From NCBI GenBank assembly GCA_964389905.1, contig CAYMGD010000007.1, positions 483 to 64,482 on the forward strand: a DNA stretch of 64,000 nucleotides, given 5' to 3'. Below, one piece after another: positions 1 to 7,357 of the stretch. The position numbers were made by a program, and so were the translations under genes. The stretch's first letter is position 1. The number at the start of each line of letters is the position of its first letter. The DNA is from an uncultured Coprobacillus sp. (GTDB lineage: Bacteria > Bacillota_I > Bacilli_A > ML615J-28 > CAG-698). The notes beneath the pieces are model-generated. The model did not search any database and had not been told where the DNA came from. It was given only the letters and a program-made list of their open reading frames with translations.

Positions 1-201
1 ATATTCTTCTTATCAAGAAATCTAGAGATGATAATACTTGTAATAATAAACAAAACTAAGAATAACATATATTCTACCTCTTTTTGTTTATTCTACACCC
101 CCCCCTTTTTTGTCAAGGAAAATAGTAATTTTAAAAATTTTTATTATTTTTTTAAACTTAATTTAAATATTATGGTTTATAATTATATTGAGGTGAATAT
201 A

Positions 202-894
202 ATGAGACTACTTCTTGTAGAGGATGAAATACCTTTATCAAATGCTTTAGCAACAATACTCAAACACAATAACTATTCTGTTGACTGTGTATATGATGGT
301 TTATCTGCTTTAGATTATATTGAAACAGATATATATGACGCTATCATCCTTGATATTATGCTACCTAAAATGGATGGTATCGAAGTTTTAAAAACGATTA
401 GAAATAACAAATATACCGTACCAGTTATTCTTTTAACTGCCAAATCAGATGTTGAGGATAAAGTAAAAGGGTTAGATAGTGGTGCAGATGATTATCTCAC
501 TAAACCTTTTAACTCTAAAGAATTATTAGCTAGAATAAGAGCCGTTACTCGAAGACAAGATATTACACAAAATAATATAATTGAATTTGGTGATTTGAAA
601 CTCAACAAATTATCTTTTGAACTATCTTTAAATGAAAAATCTTTAAGATTAAGCAATAAAGAGTTTCAAATGATGGAAATGTTTATTACTAATCACAATA
701 ATATGATTTCAATAGAGAAATTTATGGATAAGATATGGGGTTTTGATAGTGAATCAGAGATTAATGTCGTTTGGACATATATTTGTTACTTAAGGAAAAA
801 ACTCAAAACATTAAATTCAAAAGTTAGAATAACAGCTGTAAGAAATATTGGTTATACCTTAGAATACAAACAAGATGGAGATAAAGATGATTAA
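202..894 (+). CDS. OmpR/PhoB-family response regulator
   Basis: Part of ORF 28..894. Start taken at ATG 202, preceded by GAGGTG at 190-195. Receiver domain (MRLLLVEDE, DIMLPKMDG, LTAK) plus C-terminal winged-helix (RNIGYTL). Confidence 0.9.
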   Translation: MRLLLVEDEIPLSNALATILKHNNYSVDCVYDGLSALDYIETDIYDAIILDIMLPKMDGIEVLKTIRNNKYTVPVILLTAKSDVEDKVKGLDSGADDYLTKPFNSKELLARIRAVTRRQDITQNNIIEFGDLKLNKLSFELSLNEKSLRLSNKEFQMMEMFITNHNNMISIEKFMDKIWGFDSESEINVVWTYICYLRKKLKTLNSKVRITAVRNIGYTLEYKQDGDKDD

Positions 895-2104
895 AAAAAT
901 TCGTTATAAATTTATTCTTGTTTCAATGATTTCATTAACATTAGTTATTACCATTATCATAGCTATTATTAACATCATAGGATATATAAATATTACAAAA
1001 ACAGCAGATAAAAAGCTTGAACTAATATCAAATAACAACGGAATTTTTCCTACAAATAAACCATCTTTTGATAAGAAAAATGATAAAAATTTATCCCCTG
1101 AAGCTCCCTTTGAGACACGCTACTTTTCAGTTATTGTTCATAGTAATGGTGACGTATACGGAGTTAATGTCGATAAAGTATCTGTTATTGACGAACTCTC
1201 AGCAATTGATTATACAAAAAAAATTATGAAGGGTTCTAAAGAAAAAGGGTTTATAAATAACTATAGATTTTTAGTCAAAGAAAATAGCACTCAAACATTG
1301 TATGTATTTGTTGACTGTAATAATGATTTAGAAACATTCCATAGTTTTCTTTATGGAAGCATTATTATTAGTTTACTAGGAATAGCTGCTATCTTTCTTT
1401 TAGTTCTATTCTTTTCAAAAATTGTTGTTAAGCCAATTGGAGAAAGTTACGAAAAACAAAAACACTTCATCACTGATGCGAGCCACGAACTGAAAACACC
1501 TCTAACCGTAATTGATGCTAGTGCTGATGTTTTAGAAATGGAAATAGGGGAAAACGAATGGATTGATAGTATTAAAGCACAAGTATCTAAACTATCAAAA
1601 CTAACTGAAAATCTGCTTCTTTTGTCTAAAATGTCTGAAGAAAACAAAAAACTTGTCTTCACTGATTTTTCACTAAACGAAATTCTTTTAGAAAGTATTG
1701 AACCTTTTAAATCAGTTGCAATTAATCAAAATAAAATAATTACAACTGATATTCAAGCTAATATTAGTTTTTATGGTGACATAAATCTCATTTCTGAACT
1801 TTTTTCGATTCTTATGGATAATGCCTTAAAGTACTCAAATGCTAATGGGGAAATTAAAGTATCTTTGGAAGAAAAGAATAAAGCCACTAAAATAACTTTT
1901 TATAACACAGTTGATAAAATAGAAATAGGTAATCTTGATTATTTATTAGATAGATTCTATCGAAATGATAAATCACGAAATTCTAATACTGGTGGCCATG
2001 GCATTGGATTATCGATTGCTAAAAGTATTATCGAAAGTCACAAAGGGAAAATAAACATTAAAAGTACCGATGGGAAATCGATAACTATTACTATTACTTT
2101 TTAG
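887..2104 (+). CDS. Sensor histidine kinase (HisKA + HATPase_c)
   Basis: Two TM segments, H-box FITDASHELKTPLT, N-box DNALKYS, G-box GGHGIGLSIA. ATG 887 is preferred because GGAG lies 6 nt upstream; ATG 875 is the alternative. Overlaps the response-regulator stop. Confidence 0.9.
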   Translation: MIKKIRYKFILVSMISLTLVITIIIAIINIIGYINITKTADKKLELISNNNGIFPTNKPSFDKKNDKNLSPEAPFETRYFSVIVHSNGDVYGVNVDKVSVIDELSAIDYTKKIMKGSKEKGFINNYRFLVKENSTQTLYVFVDCNNDLETFHSFLYGSIIISLLGIAAIFLLVLFFSKIVVKPIGESYEKQKHFITDASHELKTPLTVIDASADVLEMEIGENEWIDSIKAQVSKLSKLTENLLLLSKMSEENKKLVFTDFSLNEILLESIEPFKSVAINQNKIITTDIQANISFYGDINLISELFSILMDNALKYSNANGEIKVSLEEKNKATKITFYNTVDKIEIGNLDYLLDRFYRNDKSRNSNTGGHGIGLSIAKSIIESHKGKINIKSTDGKSITITITF

Positions 2105-2112
2105 GAGGATTT

Positions 2113-2847
2113 ATGTTATCACAAAGTACATTTAAACGTTATGAAACAAAATATTTACTTACTAAAGAGCAATATAATCATATATTAGATTATATCAGTG
2201 ACTATGTTATAGCTGATGCTTACGGCAAAAGCACTATTGCAAATGTATATTTTGATACTCCTAATTATTTACTGATACGTCGTTCCCTTGAAAAACCTAT
2301 CTATAAAGAAAAGCTTCGCATTCGCACTTATGGCTTAAAAGACGAACATAAAGATGTTTTTATTGAAATAAAGAAGAAATTTAAATCTGTTGTTTATAAA
2401 AGAAGGACTAAAATCAATTATCAAAATAATATAAATTTATTCACTGCAAATAAAATTTCATCTTCTCACATCACGGCAAATGAGAGCAGTAATAAACAAA
2501 TACTTGGCGAAATATCGTATTTTATTGACTTTTACAAAGATTTAAGGCCAAGTATGTATTTACAATATGATCGCGAAGCCTTTTATGCTAAAGATGATGA
2601 AAATTTAAGAATAACTTTTGATTCAAATATTTTATATCGAAATTATGATTTTACTTTCACAAGTAAATCTTATGGAAAAAATATTATTTCTAAAGACAAT
2701 ATATTAATGGAAATTAAGTCAAGTCTTGCTTATCCTTTATGGCTTGTAAAAGTTTTAAGCCAAGAAAAAGTAAATAAAACTTCTTTTTCAAAATATGGAA
2801 TCGCTTATCAAAAAATATTACAGGAGGAATTAAATGGAAATATTTAA
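2113..2847 (+). CDS. VTC-domain (polyphosphate-polymerase-like, CYTH-type) protein
   Basis: N-terminus FKRYETKYLL and overall layout recalled from bacterial VTC-domain proteins. AGGAGG RBS 4 nt upstream. Starts 9 nt after the kinase stop. Confidence 0.65.
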   Translation: MLSQSTFKRYETKYLLTKEQYNHILDYISDYVIADAYGKSTIANVYFDTPNYLLIRRSLEKPIYKEKLRIRTYGLKDEHKDVFIEIKKKFKSVVYKRRTKINYQNNINLFTANKISSSHITANESSNKQILGEISYFIDFYKDLRPSMYLQYDREAFYAKDDENLRITFDSNILYRNYDFTFTSKSYGKNIISKDNILMEIKSSLAYPLWLVKVLSQEKVNKTSFSKYGIAYQKILQEELNGNI

Positions 2848-3520
2848 TAGTTTATTTGAAAGTTCAACGCAAAATACCTTATCAGTGGGAATATTTCTTT
2901 TATGTGTGTTATTCTCATTAATTGATGGAATTATAGTTTGTCTTGCATATCTAGTAAAAAATGAAACAACTAAAAGTTTTAAACTATCCCTAATGATACT
3001 TCCAACAATTGTTTGTGTCGTGATAATGATGGTTAATGGAAACATTGGTGTTGGCGTAGCAGTTGCAGGAGCATTTAGTCTCGTACGTTTTCGTTCTGCA
3101 CCAGGAAGCGCCAAAGAAATATGCGTTATATTTGCGGGAATGTGTGCAGGATTGATTGCTGGTGTGGGATACATTGCATATTCGTTATTATTCTCTATTC
3201 TAATAGGATTATTAATAATTGTTCTAAATATCCTTTTACAAATCTCAGACAAGAAAAATACTTCAATAGTCCTAAAAATTACAATTCCAGAAGACTTAGA
3301 ATATAATGAAGTATTTACTGATTTGTTTAAAGATTATACTAAAGGCTATTCATTGATATCTGTAAAGACAACAAATATGGGAAGTTTATATAAACTAAAA
3401 TATAAAGTTAAACTAAATAATGTTAATGAAGAAAAAGAATTTATTGATAAAATTAGAATGCGTAATGGCAATTTAGAAGTTGCTATACTAAAAACCGAAT
3501 TTTCGGAAAATGATTTATAA
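2834..3520 (+). CDS. DUF4956-family membrane protein
   Basis: Four or five hydrophobic segments and the motif FSLVRFRSA. Overlaps the VTC gene by 14 nt. GGAGGA RBS. Confidence 0.6.
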   Translation: MEIFNSLFESSTQNTLSVGIFLLCVLFSLIDGIIVCLAYLVKNETTKSFKLSLMILPTIVCVVIMMVNGNIGVGVAVAGAFSLVRFRSAPGSAKEICVIFAGMCAGLIAGVGYIAYSLLFSILIGLLIIVLNILLQISDKKNTSIVLKITIPEDLEYNEVFTDLFKDYTKGYSLISVKTTNMGSLYKLKYKVKLNNVNEEKEFIDKIRMRNGNLEVAILKTEFSENDL

Positions 3521-3550
3521 AAAAATAGGCTGATTCCAACCTATTTTTTT
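3521..3550. terminator. Bidirectional AT-rich hairpin between convergent genes
   Basis: AAAAATAGG-ctgattccaa-CCTATTTTT, with A-run and T-run flanks serving both strands. Confidence 0.5.
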
Positions 3551-3559
3551 ACATTATTT

Positions 3560-4951
3560 CTATTCATTAACAATTTTGTTAATTCTTTTTGTAAGTTTGG
3601 TAATATTATACCCTTCAATTTTCCTTATTGCATCTGTTAGAATCCTATCTTTTATAGCTGCAGCAGATTCTTTCACTTTATCCGCATTATCCATAATAGA
3701 TTCTGAAAGCTTACAAATTTTTTCTACTTCTTTATCGATTCTTCCAAAACACCTTGTAATAATATTCTCCTTAAAATTTTCAAATTCTTCTTTTATTTCT
3801 TCGGAAGATTTAAACTTTTCTCTTTCTTCGTTTTTCTCAAGTATTAGTTCTTGATATTTTTTTCCTAAACTCTCAATAAGACTCAGAAAAGTGATAAAAT
3901 ATTGAGGTCTTACAACATACATCTTTTCATAGCCAAATACTTTTCGTATTGGAGCATCATTTTCTTGGTTCCATTCAAGTTCACTTATAAGTAGAGCATA
4001 TTCACAATTTTTCTTTTCACGATCTTTATCTAGTTTCTTATAATGATCTTCATTTTTCTTCTTATTTTTAGATAGTGGATCTTCATTTTTCATTTCACAT
4101 ACAACTGATGATAATAAGTTTTCATCTTCATATTTATCTGATGAATAAACTTTAAAAATATAATCAGCTTTTGTTTTCTCTCCATCATCTCCTCGCACAG
4201 CAAGATTATCTTTTTCCCAAACACAATTAGTAAAGCCGCTAACAGCATGTGATTGATATTCATTGTTACACCAATTTTCTAATTCTTCACCTAATTGTTT
4301 TACGTTTTTTGAAGATTTTGCAAGCTTAAGATTATCTATTTCTTTCTCTTTTTTACTTAATTCATCTTTAAAAGCAACTTCTTTTTCTGATAATATTTTA
4401 GCTTTTTCAAGTTCAGCTTTTTCTTTGATATTTTCAAGTTCATTCTTTAACTTTGTTATTTCATTATCTTTGGCATTACATTTATCATTAAATTCATTTT
4501 TAGTACGAAGAATAACATTTTGAATTTGATTTTCGTTTTCTCTTTTAATATTTTCAATTTGATTCTTATAATTATTTATCTCTGTTTCAAGTTTATTTAT
4601 TTCTTTATTATGTTTTATTTCCTCTTCTTTTTTTGTTTTTTCTTCTATATTTTTAAGTTGTTCTTTTAATAAAATATTGTCTGAATTTAATTTTTCTTTT
4701 ATGTTATTAAACTCTTCTCTTTCTTGTGCTTTTGCTTCTTTAACCTTACTTTCAATTTCTTTTCTAAAACTTTTTTCTTGCTCATCTAAACGCTTTTGAA
4801 ATTTTCTTTCAACATCTTTATCAATAATTTCTTTTATATATATAGCATCTATTGTTGTAATATCTCTTAAATCTATATAATCACCTTTTTTAGCATCTTC
4901 CTCTAACACAATAGTATTTTGATCTTTTACAATAACTTTTATAGAACTCAT
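3560..4951 (-). CDS. DUF2130-family protein (long K/E-rich coiled coil plus C-terminal PD-(D/E)xK-like domain, RmuC-like architecture)
   Basis: C-terminal block (ADYIFKV...CEMKNE...KKKNEDHYKKLDKDREKKNCEYALLIS...MYVVRPQYFI) matches my recollection of DUF2130. GGAGG RBS and an extended -10 (TGaTATAAT, -10 at 4973-4978) lie upstream. Confidence 0.7.
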   Translation of the reverse strand: MSSIKVIVKDQNTIVLEEDAKKGDYIDLRDITTIDAIYIKEIIDKDVERKFQKRLDEQEKSFRKEIESKVKEAKAQEREEFNNIKEKLNSDNILLKEQLKNIEEKTKKEEEIKHNKEINKLETEINNYKNQIENIKRENENQIQNVILRTKNEFNDKCNAKDNEITKLKNELENIKEKAELEKAKILSEKEVAFKDELSKKEKEIDNLKLAKSSKNVKQLGEELENWCNNEYQSHAVSGFTNCVWEKDNLAVRGDDGEKTKADYIFKVYSSDKYEDENLLSSVVCEMKNEDPLSKNKKKNEDHYKKLDKDREKKNCEYALLISELEWNQENDAPIRKVFGYEKMYVVRPQYFITFLSLIESLGKKYQELILEKNEEREKFKSSEEIKEEFENFKENIITRCFGRIDKEVEKICKLSESIMDNADKVKESAAAIKDRILTDAIRKIEGYNITKLTKRINKIVNE

Positions 4952-5013
4952 AATTTATCCTCCATATAATTCATTATATCATTTTTTTTACTATTTTGCT
5001 ATAAAAAAAGATA

Positions 5014-5064
5014 TTTATCTAAAAAACACTTACCAAACGATAAAATCGTAAGATAAGTGTTATT
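5014..5064 (-). repeat. Direct-repeat copy 1, a rho-independent terminator hairpin on the minus strand
   Basis: 51 nt, identical to 7304..7353 except for one extra A in an A-run. Minus strand reads CACTTATCTTACGAT-TTT-ATCGTTTGGTAAGTG followed by TTTTT(T). Overlaps the stop of the 5063..5779 gene. Confidence 0.85.
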
Positions 5065-5779
5065 AATTCAAATTGTCTTGTTTTATCAAATCAAATATAA
5101 TAGAAATATTACTACACTGTTTTATTGAATTGCTATCACTAAATATATAGTTCCAACTCTCTTTATAATCATTTGGTATATCATTCATTGTTTTTCTTAA
5201 GATTTTCTCAAAGCCTAATGCATCAAGTTTATATTGCTTGTCAAACAAGTTCGATAATTTAATTTTTTGTTCGAGTGTAGCATTTTCTATTCCATACAAT
5301 GCGTGTTCCAAATTTCTTGAAAAATAGAACTTATAATATTTTATTCCACAAATTATATTTGTTTCAAATAGTTTCTTATATATTAATCGTTTTTTTTCAA
5401 ATCTTTTAGAAAAATATTCCTTATTATTAGTAAATAGTTTATTATCACAAAACTTATTAGCATAAAGTGAACTATCTTCAATTATTGATTTATCATCTAT
5501 AAATGCCCCATCTGTGTCAATAATGTGTACAATAGCTATATAATCTGTGCAAAACAAAAAATTTTTCTTTTTATGCTGGTCAATAATTTTTTCTATGCTT
5601 TTTATGCAATTATTCTCATTAATATTATCTTTATATGCTAAGTCTCCTGAGGTGACTTCAACAATTATATTTTTTATGTAATTATTAAAATAGTTTTTTA
5701 GCGATCTGTGAAGGGTAATATCGTCACTATCACCTTCACAAATTACAAATAAAATTTTAGGACTATTCTTCCTTTCCAT
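5063..5779 (-). CDS. Small TOPRIM-like (RloB / DUF4435-class) protein, second gene of the ATPase cassette
   Basis: 238 aa. Motifs in order: N-terminal ILFVICEGDSDD, central VHIIDTDGAF (DxD), then FSRNLEHALYG, as in TOPRIM/RloB-like proteins. Start overlaps the ATPase stop by 17 nt. Confidence 0.55.
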   Translation of the reverse strand: MERKNSPKILFVICEGDSDDITLHRSLKNYFNNYIKNIIVEVTSGDLAYKDNINENNCIKSIEKIIDQHKKKNFLFCTDYIAIVHIIDTDGAFIDDKSIIEDSSLYANKFCDNKLFTNNKEYFSKRFEKKRLIYKKLFETNIICGIKYYKFYFSRNLEHALYGIENATLEQKIKLSNLFDKQYKLDALGFEKILRKTMNDIPNDYKESWNYIFSDSNSIKQCSNISIIFDLIKQDNLN

Positions 5780-7172
5780 ATAAATATAAATCTCCTGCGT
5801 CTTTTAATGCCCTATATATTTCATATTCATCTATTGGATTTGATAAGTTTAATTCTCCTAAATATAAATCTCTTAAATATTTTTTTCTTAAATTATTCGT
5901 TTTCGCAACATATGGCATTTTTAGAAACCTATTTTCTTCATCATTTGTTGTAAAAATAATGTTTTCTTTAATTACTTCTAATGCGCGTAAGTTGTGTGAT
6001 GTAAATACCATTTGTCCAACACCTTTATCTTTAAAAACACTTAGAATATTCCCTAAGAGGAATTCAAAAATACCTGAATCCAATTCATCAATTATTAAAA
6101 TAGCATAAGGATTATTGAAAGCATCAACTAGTGAAGAAACAATTGATATTATTTTTTTTATTCCATCTGATTCTAAGTTTAATGGAATATTAAATTGGTC
6201 TTTTATCGAAACAAATTGATACCTGAAACAATACTCTCCATTTTGATCTGTTGTATCTCCCAAATTAAATAATGCTATTTTAGTTCCTGGAATCATTTTT
6301 TCTAGCACTAAATTTATCTCATTTATATATAAACTAATAGTTTTTTCGTATTTCTTTAGTAAAATTCCTTCACTAAATAATGATAATGCACCTTGTATTG
6401 AACTAACTTGACTGTTACTTTCGTTTTTATAGAAAAAGGGAATTGTATCTAAAGCAGCAATTTTACTTATTTCTCTATTATCATATAAATGATAATAATG
6501 TATGGAGTATATTCTCGCCATATCTATAAAATAACTAACATCTAAAAATTCTTTTGTATCAAAAAGTATTTTTTCAAATTCAGTGCTGAAAATAAAACTA
6601 CTATTGTTAGCTGTTCTTTGTCCCTTTAAATATATTAATTGGGGAAGTAAATTATTATTATCTTTAGTTAGTTTATTAAGGTTTGTTGATGGGCTTAAAA
6701 ATCTCATTAAATCACTGTCTTTTTTATTCACTTCAAAAATTGGTGCATTTTTTGTCCACACGTTGTCATTGTACTTTCGACGCCATAATCCTTCAGATGC
6801 TAATATTATTTTTCTATTTATATCGTCTTTTAAGAAATTTACATAATAATCATAAACATAGTTTTGTTCGTTACATTTGAAATAAACAGAAGCTTCAATT
6901 CTGCATATGTTGGATTTTTTTGAAATCTTCTCGTATAATTCATTATTAATTGTTTGCCCAGAAAAAATTGTTTTTAGAATTGAAAAGGCATTAATAATAG
7001 TTGATTTCGAACTACCATTAGGTCCATAGATACCTACAATATCAGATTTATCAAAGTTAAAAACACCATTTAATATTTTTTTATTTGATTCGAATTCTAT
7101 AGTTCCATCTTTTAAATTCATTAAGTTTTTAGCAGAAATCTTTAATATTCTAATATTACAATCCATAATCAT
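5763..7172 (-). CDS. ABC/SMC-type AAA ATPase (AAA_21/AAA_15-like), first gene of the cassette
   Basis: Walker A GPNGSSKST, signature-like ESDGIKK, Walker B AILIIDELDSG, H-loop FTSHN. Two SD-like sequences (AGGAGG, AAGGAG) lie upstream. The second ATG, at 7166, may be the true start. Confidence 0.85.
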   Translation of the reverse strand: MIMDCNIRILKISAKNLMNLKDGTIEFESNKKILNGVFNFDKSDIVGIYGPNGSSKSTIINAFSILKTIFSGQTINNELYEKISKKSNICRIEASVYFKCNEQNYVYDYYVNFLKDDINRKIILASEGLWRRKYNDNVWTKNAPIFEVNKKDSDLMRFLSPSTNLNKLTKDNNNLLPQLIYLKGQRTANNSSFIFSTEFEKILFDTKEFLDVSYFIDMARIYSIHYYHLYDNREISKIAALDTIPFFYKNESNSQVSSIQGALSLFSEGILLKKYEKTISLYINEINLVLEKMIPGTKIALFNLGDTTDQNGEYCFRYQFVSIKDQFNIPLNLESDGIKKIISIVSSLVDAFNNPYAILIIDELDSGIFEFLLGNILSVFKDKGVGQMVFTSHNLRALEVIKENIIFTTNDEENRFLKMPYVAKTNNLRKKYLRDLYLGELNLSNPIDEYEIYRALKDAGDLYLYGKEE

Positions 7173-7189
7173 AACTCCTTGACCTCCTA

Positions 7190-7218
7190 ATTATATCATA
7201 TTAAAAAATCATTGTCAA
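7190..7218 (-). promoter_or_regulatory. Perfect sigma-70/SigA consensus promoter of the cassette
   Basis: Minus strand reads TTGACA (7218-7213), a 17-nt spacer, then TATAAT (7195-7190), immediately followed by TAGGAGG. Confidence 0.65.
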
Positions 7219-7303
7219 TCTTTAACTTAATATTCGTATTTTTTATCGTTATTTCAGATTATATATTATATATTATTCGCATTATAGTTGAAAATATACA
7301 TTT

Positions 7304-7353
7304 TTTATCTAAAAACACTTACCAAACGATAAAATCGTAAGATAAGTGTTATT
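7304..7353 (-). repeat. Direct-repeat copy 2, terminator of the ABC-exporter operon
   Basis: 50 nt, the same sequence as 5014..5064. Lies 4 nt downstream of the stop of the 7358..9121 gene. Hairpin plus T-run on the minus strand. Confidence 0.85.
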
Positions 7354-7357
7354 TTAT

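Noticed and set aside
28-201. N-terminal 58-codon extension of the response-regulator ORF
   Set aside because: The extension is low-complexity and AT-driven with no RBS. The receiver domain begins exactly at ATG 202, which has a GAGGTG RBS.
2830-3252. Antisense or shadow ORFs listed in the ORF track (for example 1447-1662, 2830-3252, 3576-3854, 6583-6880, 30188-30499, 51075-51503, 59851-60159)
   Set aside because: All lie wholly inside well-supported genes on the opposite strand or in another frame. They have low-complexity translations and no RBS, which makes them typical spurious ORFs of AT-rich DNA.
3600-4900. Highly repetitive A/T/G-rich DNA resembling a simple-sequence repeat
   Set aside because: It is the coding sequence of a K/E/N-rich coiled coil (DUF2130 protein) in one long open frame, not a non-coding repeat.
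5014-7353. The cassette as a classical IS, transposon or integrative element
   Set aside because: There is no transposase, integrase or recombinase ORF and there are no terminal inverted repeats. The flanking repeat is direct and corresponds to a functional terminator, so I describe it only as an insertion with target duplication of unknown mechanism.
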